Assembly (NCBI GenBank): GCA_951406725.2
Contig: OX597829.1
Span: forward strand, 53,382,001-53,446,000
Origin: Octopus vulgaris
Taxonomy: Eukaryota
DNA length: 64,000 nucleotides
Direction of reading: 5' to 3'
Shown here: piece by piece, positions 49,303 to 64,000 of the stretch
Layout: each line of letters opens with the position of its first letter
How positions within the stretch are numbered: position 1 is the stretch's first letter
The notes under the pieces: generated by a model
Seen by the model: only the letters and a program-made list of their open reading frames with translations
Told to the model about the DNA's origin: nothing
The model's database searches: none
Program-made: the position numbers and the translations under genes

Positions 49303-51304
49303 CTGAAAGATTTAAATATAAATGCTATTTATCATAGTAATGATGCCATTTCAAAAGATTTTGGGACAATTGTCAACAATTTTTGAAATGAGCTCTCAAA
49401 TGGACCATGTAAAGCTAGTGTGTTTAAAATTGGGTGAGAAGTAAGTATAACAATAAGTATACAAGTGGAATTCGTTTGTGTTCACTCTCATTGAAGTTAT
49501 TATAAATAAGGAAAAAAATAATGGTGAATTTTGATTTGTCATGCAAATTTTGTCTCTAGATGAAAATTTATGCTTGTTATTTATTAACATACAATATAAT
49601 AAAATAAAAATAATTTTGTAAAAATTATCTAAAACTAGTTTTTACTACTAAGATTTACAAAGGATAATTTCCACAGATTGGAACTTAGGACATTTCATAC
49701 CATTCTTCTATATAAAATCATTGGCGATGAGCTCTACACACCAACACTCTTTCTTCAGCTTGTTTTAGTTGTGATGGTTAAAGCAACAAAGCATTCTCTA
49801 TATGTTTGTGCAAGTGTGTATAGAATATAAATGTATCAAGATATATATTGATACACAAAATAATATATAAGGATAATATATATTATTTTCTTTTACAAGC
49901 GTAGCAGTTGACTAGACAACTTTTGCTTTCATGGTGTGATGAGACAGAAATTCAAAGTCTGAAACAGGTGCCTTTCCAATAAGATGGAACCAACGATTTT
50001 ATGGTACTGCCTATAGCTTACCTTAGTGAATTATAGTACTTTGCAACAATGAATTATATATATATATATGTGCATGTAAATGGTCTGAATTAATGTGATT
50101 AAAATGTGTTAATTGTAAATAGACACATCACAAAAGTGAAGACAATCTTTCAACTGCCTAACTCATAGCTGTGTGCCTGGTATATACATTATACACACAA
50201 ATGTATTTATACATGTATAGATAAAACCTGAAGAGGAATGGGCTCTACCAAAGTGAGCTGTGCATCTACAAATAAATGGGTTATGGGAATCACCATGAGA
50301 AAGAGAGAGAAAGACAGTGAGTGTGCACATGTGTGTGTGTATGTGTGCATGTATGCATATGTCTGAAAAGGCATATACACATTCACTCATAAGCACTAAT
50401 CCATATATATATATATATAATGTATATATATATTGTATATACAATGTGTATATATTGCAAATACAATGTGTATATATATATATATATATACACATACATA
50501 TATCCTTATATATATATATATATGTATATAAATGTACATATATATCTATACATATATATACACACACACACACATACACACACACAATATATTTATTTAT
50601 TTAAATGTAAGCTTTTATGTTCCAATTATTAGCTCATTTCAACCACACAAAATTTCAAACACTTACTAAACATTTTTTCTCAATTTAACAGCAAAAGGGT
50701 CTATTCAAGCAAAACAGTCTGAAGATCCAGTCCCAGGAGGGCTTTACCCAAAACTTCATATACCACCATTCACTTAGCATGCAGCTAATAAGCATTTACT
50801 ATAAGATGATATACATTTCACCAACAGTTTAAAACTTTCATAAACAATTGTCTGATAGTTAAATTAGAAATACATACTTTAGAAATGTCAAGTAGGCAGA
50901 TACGCACACAGACCCACACGAACATACATGCAAAACCATACACACAAAAAAGTAGGAAAAAAAAAAAAGAAAAAAACCTTATTAAATGTTTGAAAGAATA
51001 AAAAATATTGAATAATTTAAGGATAATAAGAATGTAAATAATGTATAACTTTATATGAATGTGGAATCAACAGTGTGAACCGACAGACATTAAAGTCTAT
51101 TAACATAATTTTCCTTGCTCACAATATGCAGAATATGTATGTGCATGTGTGTATGAAATTGTCTACTTTATATATAACTACTTATAAAAACATGAACACA
51201 TATATACACATACACTTACATCCTGCAGTTATATGCATGGAAATATAAATGTATGCATATACATGTACTTGCATATACATATACATACATATATACAAAC
51301 ATAC

Positions 51305-51335
<31 letters not shown>

Positions 51336-51793
51336 TACATACACACACGCACACACACACATTTTATATATTATATAATGTGTATATACACATATATATA
51401 TATAATATATATATATATATAAATAATATGTATGTATATATATACATATATGTGTATCAATAAGTTATGGAGTATTTCCTTTCTTTTTATTTATACACAT
51501 ATACATTGACACAAGCATACACACACACACATCCATAAATAATTAAAGGTGAGAATATATTTTCTGAAAAATTTGCTGGAAGCAATTATAAGATAACCGT
51601 TACTACTTTTCTTTCGTATATTAAATATTGTAACTGATTAGTTATGAAATTGGTTAAAACTTATGTATAGGTGGATGAGTGGATGTAGGCAGTTGTAGCT
51701 AATGGTATAGGAATAATACAAATAGTAAATAAATAAAGACCATCTGAAACTGGACTTCAGGCTGTTTGTTTTCTCTCAAATATGTAGACATAC

Positions 51794-51893
51794 CGTAGAT
51801 ATAAGCAACCACGACGCATTCGAAGAAAGCCACAAGAAGAACTATCCGGCTGGCCGGGTAGTAGTCGAACAACTGAAAGACATACATACCGCC
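51794..51893 (-). CDS. SLC6 Na+/Cl- dependent transporter, TM10 exon ([33 protein letters not shown])
   Basis: ttcgtag acceptor and gtatgt donor, 100 nt, phase 0-1. [12 protein letters not shown] and E....YIYG are SLC6 hallmarks. Confidence 0.93.
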
Positions 51894-52081
51894 CTACGAA
51901 AGGACGGTGATACATTTAGAAGATTTTGCATATATGATTTCAGCCTGCTCCATACCAACCAGTATGGGGGCAGAAATGAATTAGTTAGTTTACCTGGCTG
52001 TGCAGTGGAGAGCACTTGAAAACAAGAAAATATTGCAGAGCTGGTGAATTGCTGACATCTCTTTGCTTAGAGTGAAAAAGT

Positions 52082-52260
52082 TTATATATATATACACATA
52101 TATATATAATAATAAAATATATATATATTATATAAATATATATATACTATATATATTATATAAATATACATATACTATATATATTATATAAATATATATA
52201 CTATATATATATATATATATATTATATAAATATACTATATTATATAAATATACTATATAT

Positions 52261-52299
<39 letters not shown>

Positions 52300-52521
52300 T
52301 ATATAAATTATATAAATATATATATATATACTATATAAATTATATAAATATATATATATATATGTTTTACATATAATATATATCATATGTGTATATGTAT
52401 ATATTTTTTTATATATAATACATATGTATTATATATCATATATGTATATATATATATTACATGTATTAATATATATGTATGTATATACATTGTGTGCTTG
52501 TGTGCATGTGTGTTTATGTGT

Positions 52522-52579
<58 letters not shown>

Positions 52580-52600
52580 ATATATTATATAAATTATGCA
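52082..52600. repeat. AT-rich low-complexity minisatellite and (TA)n tract
   Basis: Variable-length units of TATACTATATATATTATATAAA followed by (TA)n. Confidence 0.85.
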
Positions 52601-55600
52601 CTTTATTATGAGAAAAAAAAAAGAAAACAGGCATAAATGAATCAGTTTTATGTAAAAATAAATTAAAAGAGGTGGCAAGTGAAAGGAGAAATGATCTCTA
52701 GATTTGTGAAGTGAAAATAATTTATATGAATAATTTAATGAGAAACCTAATGCATGAATGGAAAAATAAAGCAGTTTTCAGCACATACATACAGCCACAC
52801 ACACAATCAGTCATTTACACTTTTTCTTTTTTGTTTTTTTTAAAATTTGTTTGTAGGAAAGAAATGTTGAGCACGAATTCTGCTGAGCATCATCCAAATA
52901 GTTATGGCAAGTACAATAATGTATTACATATATGGTGAAAAATGTTGTTTTATTTGTAATCTGATCTTTCAACATTTTATCTGTATTGGACTGGGAACTA
53001 TGTATTAATAGATTCTAAGGTAGGCAAAGCAGTAACGACCAGGTGCAATCCCAATGTCATGCTGTACATTACCAAAAGTCGTGTAATGAGATTTTCTAAT
53101 TGGCATTTAGTAAATGATGCTTATTTCTTCATTTATTTAATGTAGTCATTTACCATGGTTTTGAATTTTTTGATGTTCACTCCAATCTTAATGGATGTAG
53201 AATTCTAAATGTTTACGTAACAACATATTGTCCTAAAAGTTTATTGAAGTACTTATATGTTCCTTTTATAAAAATTATGTTAAATTAACAGAACTGTAAT
53301 TAGAAAAAAAATTGTTAGTTGAAAATAAATTATGTATGTGTATAACACACTGCTTCCCTGTATGTGTGTGTGCATGTGAGCGTGTGCATGTGTAGGTATG
53401 TGCATGTGATGTAAACACACACATGCCTAAAATACCATAATTGCAAATTTTTAGATCTTACAAAATTATAAATTTTAATGGATTCAGTAATCAGAACCAA
53501 AAATTAGGTTTTGCTAGAACTAGCAATGATAATTAAAATCTCTCTAACAATAAAACATGCTTATTGTCTCTTTTTGTAATAAAGTAGTAATCATAAAATA
53601 TGTAATGTTAGTAATAAGACTAGATTACATTAAATTCTATAATAAAAAGATTAAGTACACCTAGTTAGAATGTAATGCAAAAAATAATATATAATTCAAA
53701 TCTTAATGTTGTTAATGTTATTTGAAGCCAGATAGTTTAAAATAAAATATTTATCCACATAAATTATGAAAAGGCCTATTAAATTTCTATTTAAGAAAAC
53801 CTGGATGAAACATTTTAACATGTAAGCCCAACACGTATAATGTAATATATAACCTAAACACATTACTTTTTATTCCTTTAAATGCCCTATTGCATAACAA
53901 TTGCAGTCACCATTCTACCAAACACTATTCCTATCTTAAAAAGAAAAGAAAAGAAAAGAAAAAAAAAAACCCAAAAAGCTCCATTTACCCAATAATCAAA
54001 AGCAACACCAATAAACATTATACTCGTCAACCCATTAAATACTGTAGCTATCCATTTTACCACACTAACATTATACAAGAACCAATGAAAGAGCTTTTAT
54101 ACAACCACAAATTTTGGTCATTTTAGCTGTCAAATTTCCTTACCATTTTTTAAAATATAGACCATATGATTTAAACGCTAAAAGTCAGGACAGCATATAC
54201 ATAAAGATGGCATAACCACATTTAGAACATCAACTGAATAATTCTTCAATCAGCTACCTCCATGTCATAGGTATTTTCAAACAGAACTGACTTGGGCTAC
54301 TCAACAACAGCAAACAGTAGTTCACACATAAACACTTTCTATACACATGGTTGGTTTAACAACAACTAACAATTCCATCCAAATGAAAAGATACACCTCT
54401 TTCAGTTTACCTCAGTCATCATCACCGACATCAATTCGTTAACTTAATGTTATGTTAGCAGCTTTTATTCAGTTTGACTATGATCTCAATCAGAAAACAT
54501 CAAGTTTTGAAAGTATAGTATGGGTATAGAAAAACAACTAAATTACAACAACTATAAATATCAAAATTGATTGTAAATGTAAAAACATGCTTCAACTGTT
54601 CGTTTTGGTTGTAGCTTTTTTTCCTATTCATATGTTAATAGATTATTTGAGATTAAGAAAAGATTAAGAAAAAAACCTATTAAAAATAAATGAAGAAGAT
54701 GCCAAAAAATACCATAGAATGTTGTAAGATCTTAATGCAAGTAGGAAGAAACCTGTTCATTTCAATATAGAAGGTATTTTAAATTAAAATATTTTAAACA
54801 TATTCAATAAAACAATTAAATTCCTCTAAGACAGCTAAACATTTAAATCCCTCATTTTATCTTTGACTTATATTTTTACTGCTACAAGTTGAAATTTGTG
54901 TATGAACATTTTAAGTAAAATGTTCATTCTAACAGAATCTCTTTTATTTGTTAGTAGTTATTTTCCAACAATCATCATTGGAATCTTAGATTAGTCTACA
55001 ATTCAAGGATTACAAAATTTTATATTAATTCTTCAAACTTAGTAGACAGATTGCAAACTATACTTTTTTTTTTATTGACATCGAAATTTGTACAATGGCA
55101 ATGTTACACATCTTGAAATCTTTTATTCAAGTATAATAAATGAATGTAATGATTTCTGTGAAGATCTTGTACCTTGACAGTTAATAACCCCCAGCCCCCA
55201 CCAAAAAACAATCTCAATGCCAAATCTGCTATCAACTGAAATTGAGTGGATTGTTTTAATACTATTGTGTTGTAAAAGCACATTCATGCACATATACAAC
55301 ACATGATCACCCATATATAGAGGATACGAGTTACCCCATTATAATATATTTCCCATAAAATTTGTTTCAATAATGGATAAGGAATGTTTATTTAATGCAG
55401 GTAATGTACAATCTGAAGTGTTGATTAGTGGTGGAGAAAAACATTTGCAAGTTGGGATTTGAAAGGAATATAATTTTGGTTAAGAATTGTACAGTGATAT
55501 TAGACAGTGTAGAGAGAAAAACTCTGAGCAGTAACAGAATTTTAATCTCAGCTTTGAGTTAAGATAAAAGCAGAAGAGTTGTTGGTGTAGAAGTTAAAGA

Positions 55601-56419
55601 ACAGAGAGAATAGAGTGCCAGAGGCTGTGAAATTCTGTTGAGTGTAAGTCTGAGTATGAATGGATTTTCCGGTAATTGCATAAAGAAGAGAGTGTGAAGC
55701 TGATACGACTGAATTATGAAGTTAGTAGAAAGAGTTGGTGGAGTCAATGATAAATAGTGATAGGATAAGTTTTGGTTTGTACCATTTCCAATAATTCTAT
55801 CCTGAGCTATCTTTCTATTTTATTCTTTGAAGCACTGACAACTTGCTTCTCATTGCCATAGTCATAGCTTGTCTTGAATTCTATTTTTTACATTTTCCAA
55901 AAACTCGGATAGGAACATTGCAGATCAATCATAAAAGACTTTAATTATCTCAAATACACCTCACTGATTGTGTTCTATATCCAACTAATGTTAAAAAATA
56001 ACAGACATTACAAGTCAAATAACCACACTGAATTTCTTCATTATTAACAAACTGCAAAAAGTATGTCTTCCTCACCAACCGGTGAAGAAGGGTAATTACC
56101 CAGCCACACACACACACACACACATATCCATCCTGGTTTTAAATATTAATTATAAATTAAAATATCAAAACCAACACCTAACTTATGAAGAACAGAAATA
56201 AGTACTGGTCTTAGTTTGGAAAAATAAATCTTGAGTTTACAAAACAGGATTTGATAAACTCATTTCTCTTTCTAATAAGCCAGCTCCTTATCTTATCTTA
56301 TCCAATTTTTATCTGTTCAGTTTCATTTCCTTAATTCTTACCTTTATACAACTATGTACAGCACATCATATAATACAGCTATTACAGTTAAGAAAGTGGC
56401 AATAATTCAACTACTCGAA

Positions 56420-56637
56420 CACTTTAGCATTTAGATTATTCTGCCAAATGTAATGCTTTTTTTATTCCAGTTGTTTTCAATAAATCATGCATTACCTCAT
56501 ATTTTAAAGATTTCGATGGTGTGATTATTTATATTTAGAATGATGTAGAGTAGGTGTGAAAGGTTGGATCTGGCTAGTTTTAGCATAAAACAGACAGAAT
56601 ATCTGAGTCAGGTATGGCTGGATTAAGTGCTAAAGAG
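56420..56637. mobile_element. piggyBac-type MITE, diverged copy of 419-623
   Basis: Shares agattattct, aatcatgcatta, gtaggtgtga, tggatctgg and a gctaaagag-TTAA end. Confidence 0.7.
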
Positions 56638-56889
56638 TTAAACTGGAATGAAGCAAGAGCTGGCGCAAGAAGTGCTGTTGGAAGAAACTAGTAACACAGC
56701 TGTTCAGCACTTGGTCATTTATTCTAAACTTATATCTTTTGATTGAACATATAAACCTGTTCGAAATCTAAATAAATAACGTGTATCAGTAAGACACGAT
56801 GAGTAAAATGGTGACAGCAGATGACAATTATGACAAGAGTGGAAGGATTTACATGAAATAAAGATTTTGTTATTGAGCTCATATCTATG

Positions 56890-57157
56890 ATCATCATCAT
56901 CATCATCATTTAATGTCTGCTTTCCATGCTGGCATGGGTTGGACGGTTTGACTGAGAACTGGCAAGCGGGGAGGCTGCCTAAGGCTCCAATCTGATCTGG
57001 CAAGGTTTCTACAGTAAGATGCCCTTCCTAATGCCAACCACTCCGAGAGTGTAGTGGGTACTTTTACATGCCAGTCAAGTGGCTCTTGCATCGGTTACGA
57101 TTGAATGGTGCTTTTTATGTGCCACCGACATGGGTGCCAGTCAGGTGGCACTGGCAT
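56890..57157 (-). mobile_element. RTE 3'-end-derived repeat
   Basis: (CAT)n tail and family motifs. Confidence 0.8.
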
Positions 57158-60100
57158 ATTGACAAGACAAATTTAATTTATGTCACAAAACTGCTTAACA
57201 CATAAATTACTGTTTTGAATATTATATACATATAATATACATAAACACATGCTTTTTGCTAACTTGCAATTGTGTTGTATAAGTAGAATAAGTTCTAATT
57301 ACACAATCAAAGCAGTTCCATAATGTAAACATTACCAATACAACATATTTGATGTGTGTTGATTAAATGCCAGAAGCTGTGGTTTTACATCCAGGAAAAA
57401 TTCCTTTAAACAAGTACAGTGTTAACAAAAACACTGATTCAACTAGCTCTGAAGTATATTGTAGTCGTGTCCAAACAAGTAGGCCAAAGAATAAAGAAAT
57501 AGCTGGCATCAATTCTACAGCACTAAAACCCACATGACCTAAACTGACCAGCAGAGGCCCTAATATCAAGAACCTATCTTGATATTTGTATGAAATCCCT
57601 TACTCTTCTGATATCTGATGAGATGGCTCCTTCCTTCTAAGTCGTATGGAGCTGAGATTTATTGTTATTAAAAACAAATATACACACATTTCTATTTTTA
57701 GAATGGTGGATCTTGAAGCACACAAAAAGCTATAAATAATAGGTTGAAAAACCCTTTTGGGCAGAAAAAGTGAAGGGTACTTGTGAGACTCAAACCCACA
57801 TCTCCTGTAAACATGATATCAAATAAATGTATGTGTGTGTGTGTGTATATAAAGTAACAAACTGAGGTAGATATCCTTCAAGAGGTGTGTTAAACATCTA
57901 ATTCACTGGTACATCAGATGAAACCATATAAATATTGGTATAATTGAATAATAAAGATAAATTAAATAGAGAGATACTATTGACAATAATTTATTTATAT
58001 TATAATATTTACACATTATACTATGAACATTATATAATAAACTGTTATTTTTAAAAAACCCATAAAAGGCCAACAAATTATTTCAACTGTATATATTTTC
58101 TGATATATATACACAATAACAGTTTCCTTATATATATGTCACTACAGGGTCATGGTCTAAAGATAGTCGAAATTCCATATTCTGCGTATCATTAAATCAT
58201 GACTGTTATTAACATTGTTCTAGACTATACATATATTGAGTTCTACAACAGGTTTTTAGTCTTGCTCTGCATAAGCAATATATATATATGGACATATATA
58301 ATATAAAATATATAAGGTATATTTGTGTGGTTAAGAAGCTTGTTTCCCAACCATGTGGTCTTGGATTCAGTCCTCGTGTGCAGCACCTTGGGCAAGTGTC
58401 TTCTAGGAAAGACCTGGACCAAACTATGCTTTGTGAGTGAATACAGCAAGCAGAAACTGGAATAAGCCTATTGTAAATATGTGTGCGTGTACCCTTGTCC
58501 TGACACCATGTAATGTTTGTAGAACAAACAGCACTGCAACGCTAACAATGTTGTTTGTTTTCACTTCAATGTCAAGAGAGGACATTCTGTTGTAAAAGAT
58601 CTGCTTCAACAAACTCCACATGATCCATGAATGAGCTTGGGTATCATATACAGCAGTGATTAAATCCAGTCAGGAGTGTTTCATCTAAGTTTTCTACCAA
58701 TAAAATTTTCTCTCAGAATACAAAAGCTAAGGTTGGAAAAGACCTAAGGACAGTGGATGGCACCCACAAGAACATAAAAATAATAATAAGCATCAATGTA
58801 ATACTAATTATTGTAATAATAGGCAGAAGAATAATAAGGAAATAACAGCCCACTTAGGAAGCAACCAAAATTACCTTCTAACTAAAGAAGCAAGTTGTCT
58901 AAGTATCTCTAGCATTTCTCTTGAAAACCCTGGCAAATATCTGAAAAATTCAGAAATTAGACCTTAGTTAGGAATGAGTAAGCAGACCAAACATCAGGTC
59001 AGATGGGGGGGGGGGGGGCATACACCATTGCAGCATTCACTATTTGTTGGTATATTCATGGGTCTTCACGGGTGGCCTGTTGAGGAGAGTCACCATCTCC
59101 ACAAAATACTTCCTCATCTACTGTGACTATGTGATGTGTGGTTAATCAACACAAGTCAGATCCTCAGTGAAGGCAAACAATGTAAGCAGGGCCTAACTTG
59201 GAATCCTGCGCAACATGGACAAACAGCCCAAGTCGGTGCCCCTGAAGCATCCTACTTTGAGTAGAGTCATTGGCTGGATTTCATATCCAACCAATGGTAA
59301 CCATTGGATTACCATTGATAGACCAAACACAATAACTTTAACCATGGGAATAATTGTTGCACGTCATATATCTCTAAGAGAACTAATAAATGTAAAATCA
59401 AACCAATATAAATAACAAAACTAGTAGAACTAGATTATGTAAAAGATGTATCACATGGTTTAATACTCCTTACAGAATTCAGGTTCTTACAAATACCCCA
59501 GGAATTTTCTTTAGGGCATTAGATAAGCATTCCCTCTTTTCTAGCAAGTATAGTAAGATATTCAATAAAAATACTGTGAAATTTATGTATTTCACTACAC
59601 CTAATCTAGGGTATAATATAGCAGCAATCAACAGTAAGAAATTAAATACTATTAGGAATAACAAATGTGCTTTTAATTATTCAGATAGTAAATACCAATC
59701 TGGTTCAAGTACAAATAATACATCATCTCTGTCTAATATAAAAATAATGATGACATTAAGGTGATTTCACCTCCCAGGAATAACATTTACACTAATAAAA
59801 TAAGATCTCTTATGACAACAAACTTAATAGTAATAACTCTCAGAAATGTATAGTTAAAGTTAATAGGAGCAACAGTTCCAAATTCAAAATCAAATTACAA
59901 AACCATATTCACTCTTTTAAATACAAAAGAAAAGAACAAAGCACTTCACTGGCTAAATTCATATGGAATGTCAAGGAGAAAAATAACGACTACTAAGTTT
60001 CATAGTCAATAAGATGTAGTACTTTTCTATACAGAGAAAGTGGTAGTAGTTATAATTTGTAGAGATATTGGAAATTCTCAAATGTAGGTCTAATTTAATT

Positions 60101-60994
60101 ATTAATCCTAAGTTATTCATATGTTGCTGCCACTTATTTAATAAAACCTTCTTAAAATTTTCACATAAAAAAATTGCATATAGCTAACTTATATTGATTC
60201 AACTATATTCATGGCTGTGTTCTTACCCTATTAATTCTCTGACACCTGACTTAATTATTTCTTGTGTAACTTACCAATCACTCCTTTCTTAACTAAAATG
60301 TATCTAATTTATTTGTAGTGGACCTAATATTATCTTGACCTGATTACCAAGGTGGGCATTAATTTCTTCCGTGCTTCCATTCTAACAAACCCACACCTGC
60401 CTACTCTTCTTTATTTTATTTCAAATCTCATCTCTAAACAAATCTTTATTCTACAATTTCTCTCTTTACTGATATTTCTGAGATTGTAGTAATAAACTGC
60501 CATCCCTTTGAAATTCTGGGGTATCTAGTAAATCCCTTTCTCTCCATCGCTGACAGACCCTTGACATGTCAGGACAGTGGTACAAGCAGGTTTAAACTAC
60601 ATCAAATGGAAATATACTGAGATATCTATTCAAACATTCATGGAGTGAATGTTTGACATTTAATTTTTAATCTGATATCCTGCAATATAACATCCCTCAA
60701 TATATCTCCTGGAAGTAATTTCATTAATTAATTAATTAACTGTATGGATTTACACAATATTTATAAGTACAAAGCAAAATGTGTCAATTGATGAAATGGT
60801 TTCACAAACTATTGAAATAATTATAACCTTTAACCCTTTTGTTACTGTATTTATTTTGAGATGCTCTGTGTTTCTTTCAATTACTTCAGAGCATATATAC
60901 TGTATGTACAAACATATATATCCTTATTGCTCATTCCCTTTCTACCTATCTATACATTTATTACACACACACACAACTATGCTGTTGGATGTGC

Positions 60995-61214
60995 AGTACA
61001 CTCTGTAAAGTGGTTGGCATTAGGAAGGGCATCCAACTGTAAAACCTTGCTAAAATTGGCTTCACTGGTGATGATGCATTCTAAAAAAAAATTAAATTCA
61101 CTCTGTAAAGTGGTTGGTGATAGGAAGGGTCTCCAGCCATAAAAACCATGCCAGCTCCAGTCAAGCCGTCCAATCCATGCCACCATGGAAAACGGACATA
61201 TGATGATGATGATA
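60995..61214 (+). mobile_element. RTE 3'-end-derived repeat with internal duplication
   Basis: cactctgtaaagtggttgg occurs twice; (GAT)n tail. Confidence 0.7.
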
Positions 61215-62382
61215 ATTGTATATAAACAGATATTCTAAACAGTATAGTATTATCTTACTTTATCATCTTATTGAATTTGAAATTGTTACTATTTTGTTCA
61301 CTATATAAATTTAAGCATTGAAGTTTGCATAGTTTTTAATTCTTGTTTCAACACCGTGTGCTAACACTAGTTTTGTCACTATATGCATATACAGATAAAA
61401 ACATACATACACGCACACACACATGTATAACTGTCTGACCCATGCACACATAGAAAACGGACATTAAATGATATACATATATAGTAAATAATACACACAC
61501 AGAAGTACAGGCCCTTATGTGATACTGAACTTCATTGTGCAACTCCCTTCTTGCCCACACCTCACATCATCTTATTTCTTATTTATATATGATTGTATTA
61601 GATTGTTGCTCTCTACTCCCCTTTTTATGTATTACCACCTATTATTTCCTCCTCCTTGACTCGCTCCTATTTTCCTTGACTTTCCCCAACAAAGTGAGAC
61701 TCACCACTGTCCAAGTTTTCACCTGTGTTCACCATTCACTGCATTTCCTTCTGCCTTTGTCCTATCTGTCACTCACTCATCTTTCACACTCTTGCAAACT
61801 TATCCACCAAGCCATCTTTGATTTTTATATCCCTAACACCTCATCTCTACCATCCTTTCTCACTTTCCTGCTGAGACAACCATGTATCTCCTCTTCAGCA
61901 AAACACCTGTCTCTGTTCCTCTCAACACTGGCATTACGACACTTCCCTCAATACTGCAAATACTGCACTCTGTCAAGGGGTTTTGTCCTGCAAGTTACTC
62001 ACTGACCTCACTAGTGTTGGTCATAAAACAAAATGCAACCAGGAAAGTGATTGGCATTAGGAATGGCATCCTATTGTAGAAGAAACCGTACCAGAGCAGC
62101 AACAGAGCTTGGCACAATCCTCTGGCTTGCTAACACTTGTCAAACTTCCACCCATGCCAGCAGAGAAAACAGATGCTAAATGAGGATTATATACACATAC
62201 ACACACACATATATACATAGGCAAATGTATGTATATGCATGTATGTATACACACAGATGAATATCAGAAAAAGTATAAAACAAAGAATATCATTGATTTT
62301 TCAAAATTTTTGTTTCTTCTGTTGGTGTTTCAATAGCAAAGATACACATTCACCACATAAATTATTGATAATAATAATAATA

Positions 62383-62413
<31 letters not shown>

Positions 62414-62536
62414 TGATCATAACTACACCAAAAAATGCATAATGAAGCTAATTGCAATGGAATGACAGTTTTTTTTTTGTCAGAAATTTTTTCAAAATAT
62501 GGAATCTCTATCATAGTCAACAGTATCTATATTGTA

Positions 62537-62735
62537 AGGTAGCAAGCTGGCAGAATTGTTAATGTGTTGGGCAAAATGCTTAGTGACATTTCATTCTGAG
62601 TTCAAATTCTGCTGGGGTCTACTTAGCCTTTCAACTTTTCAGGGTTGATAAAATAAGTGCCAGTTGTGTAATAGGGTCAACGTAATCACCTATTCCCTTC
62701 CCCTGAAATTGATGGCCAGGTGTCAAAATTTAAAA
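62537..62735 (+). mobile_element. tRNA-type SINE, family 1, CpG-decayed
   Basis: Colinear with 25074-25230 but with CpG to TpG/CpA changes. Confidence 0.75.
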
Positions 62736-63334
62736 TAAATAAATAAATCACACACAAATATAAATGCAAAAATCAGACACAAATTTCACATAAACGGATG
62801 ACGTCTGCTTATCTGCTGAACTATATATACACATACACATCTCTCTTTCTCTGAATTGCAGCATGGATGACATTAAATTAAGGCATTCAGAAACACACAA
62901 AAACTTGTTCACTGACAAAAAAAATCTTGTCAGTGAACAGCGAACAGGTTTCAAGTGATGAAAATTTTGACACCACATTGCAATGGCTACGTCTTCCATG
63001 CTGCAGATGCTTTGGTTTCAACACATGATTTCAGATCAAAACACTTGCTATGCAAATATATCTCCAAAATATCTATCTACAAAAACACACATATATGAGC
63101 AGGCATGAATGTGTGGTTAACAAGTTCACTTTTGGAATCCTGAAGTTACAGGTTCACTATCACTTGAGCAAAACACTTCATCTGAAGTTGATCTTTGATT
63201 ATTTAAACATCCGACACCTTGGACACTCTGCACCTGTACAGGTAATATCTATTTAATGAAGGGAGTGAGCTAATGTACAGTAAAAAACATCTGATCATTA
63301 GAAAAAAATTTTCTGTGCAGCTTTTTCATCAAGA

Positions 63335-63770
63335 AACTGCAGAATTCCTTCAAATATCCAAATGGCTCCCTGGAAGTAGTCATAAGCTTTTTTTTCCATC
63401 TCGGTAACATTATTAGCAATTGCAGTAGGTATTCTCAAAGTGTGGTAGCTAGAGGGTTGGATAAAGTTCAAGGATCTCTTAACTCTACTGGCAAGAAAGG
63501 ATTGCTCTATCAAAGTGAAGTGCACACTATACAATGCTTGTGTGTTAAGTGCATTGCTGCATGAAAGACAAATGAAGAATAGAAAGAAATGAGATGAACG
63601 TGATTTGCTGGATATGCCATGTGTAGAAGTGTTTGACAAAAGTTGCAGAAAATATGTTCTTTATGGAGAGCGGTGGATTTAGCTGTACCCCCAGGAAAAC
63701 CAAAATGGATAAAATATGTCAGAAATAGTTCTATGAATATGTGTACTTCTTGAGTTCTAAGCTGATATCT
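63335..63770 (+). mobile_element. Decayed RTE RT fragment
   Basis: Remnants of LEVV.SF, GWIKFKDLL.LL and LYNACV.SALLH, matching the RTE ORF C-terminal half. Confidence 0.6.
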
Positions 63771-64000
63771 TGCTGGCATTAACTTTGCTTTTTAGTTTGA
63801 GTTTTGTCATGTATCCTGAATATTATTTCACACAAGCATCATTCACATACAACTCAGACTCCTCTTGCCTGAAAAAAGACTTTTCAACCACAACCAAATG
63901 CTCTTACAAACTTCAGTATCTACAGCTATTATATACATAAAAATTCTACTGATATATAGGTAAAAACAAAAACATTTGATGAAAATCGTTTACATCAAAT

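Noticed and set aside
50163-52636. Several YI/HT/CV-rich ORFs
   Set aside because: Translations of (TA)n and (CA)n microsatellites. Only the 51794-51893 exon is real.
51894-64000. Search for the upstream SLC6 TM8-TM9 exon
   Set aside because: No convincing exon found by eye (61535-62005 ORF is low-complexity and repeat-derived). The region is treated as intron, though a short missed exon cannot be excluded.

Overview
AT-rich, intron-containing animal genomic DNA. The repeat content resembles octopus/coleoid cephalopod, but that is inference, not a database result. Two protein-coding genes converge tail-to-tail. On the + strand are the last five coding exons (6299-15362) of a GLYR1/NP60-family beta-hydroxyacid dehydrogenase that, unlike human GLYR1, keeps the catalytic Lys. 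On the - strand are the last four coding exons (51893-44640) of an SLC6 Na+/Cl- dependent transporter with an unusual TM10. The upstream exons of both genes were not found and probably lie outside the window. The rest is RTE and CR1/L2-like LINE remnants, two tRNA-type SINE families, piggyBac and hAT MITEs, a Helentron-like repeat and microsatellites. Less obvious signals: (1) minimal type I hammerhead ribozyme motifs, one near-canonical copy in a 352-bp retrozyme/Penelope-like unit and one in the last GLYR1 intron preceded by its own antisense arm, plus decayed copies; (2) three long, near-perfect inverted repeats with arms of 188, 373 and 243 bp; (3) short templated insertions that record template-switch repair.
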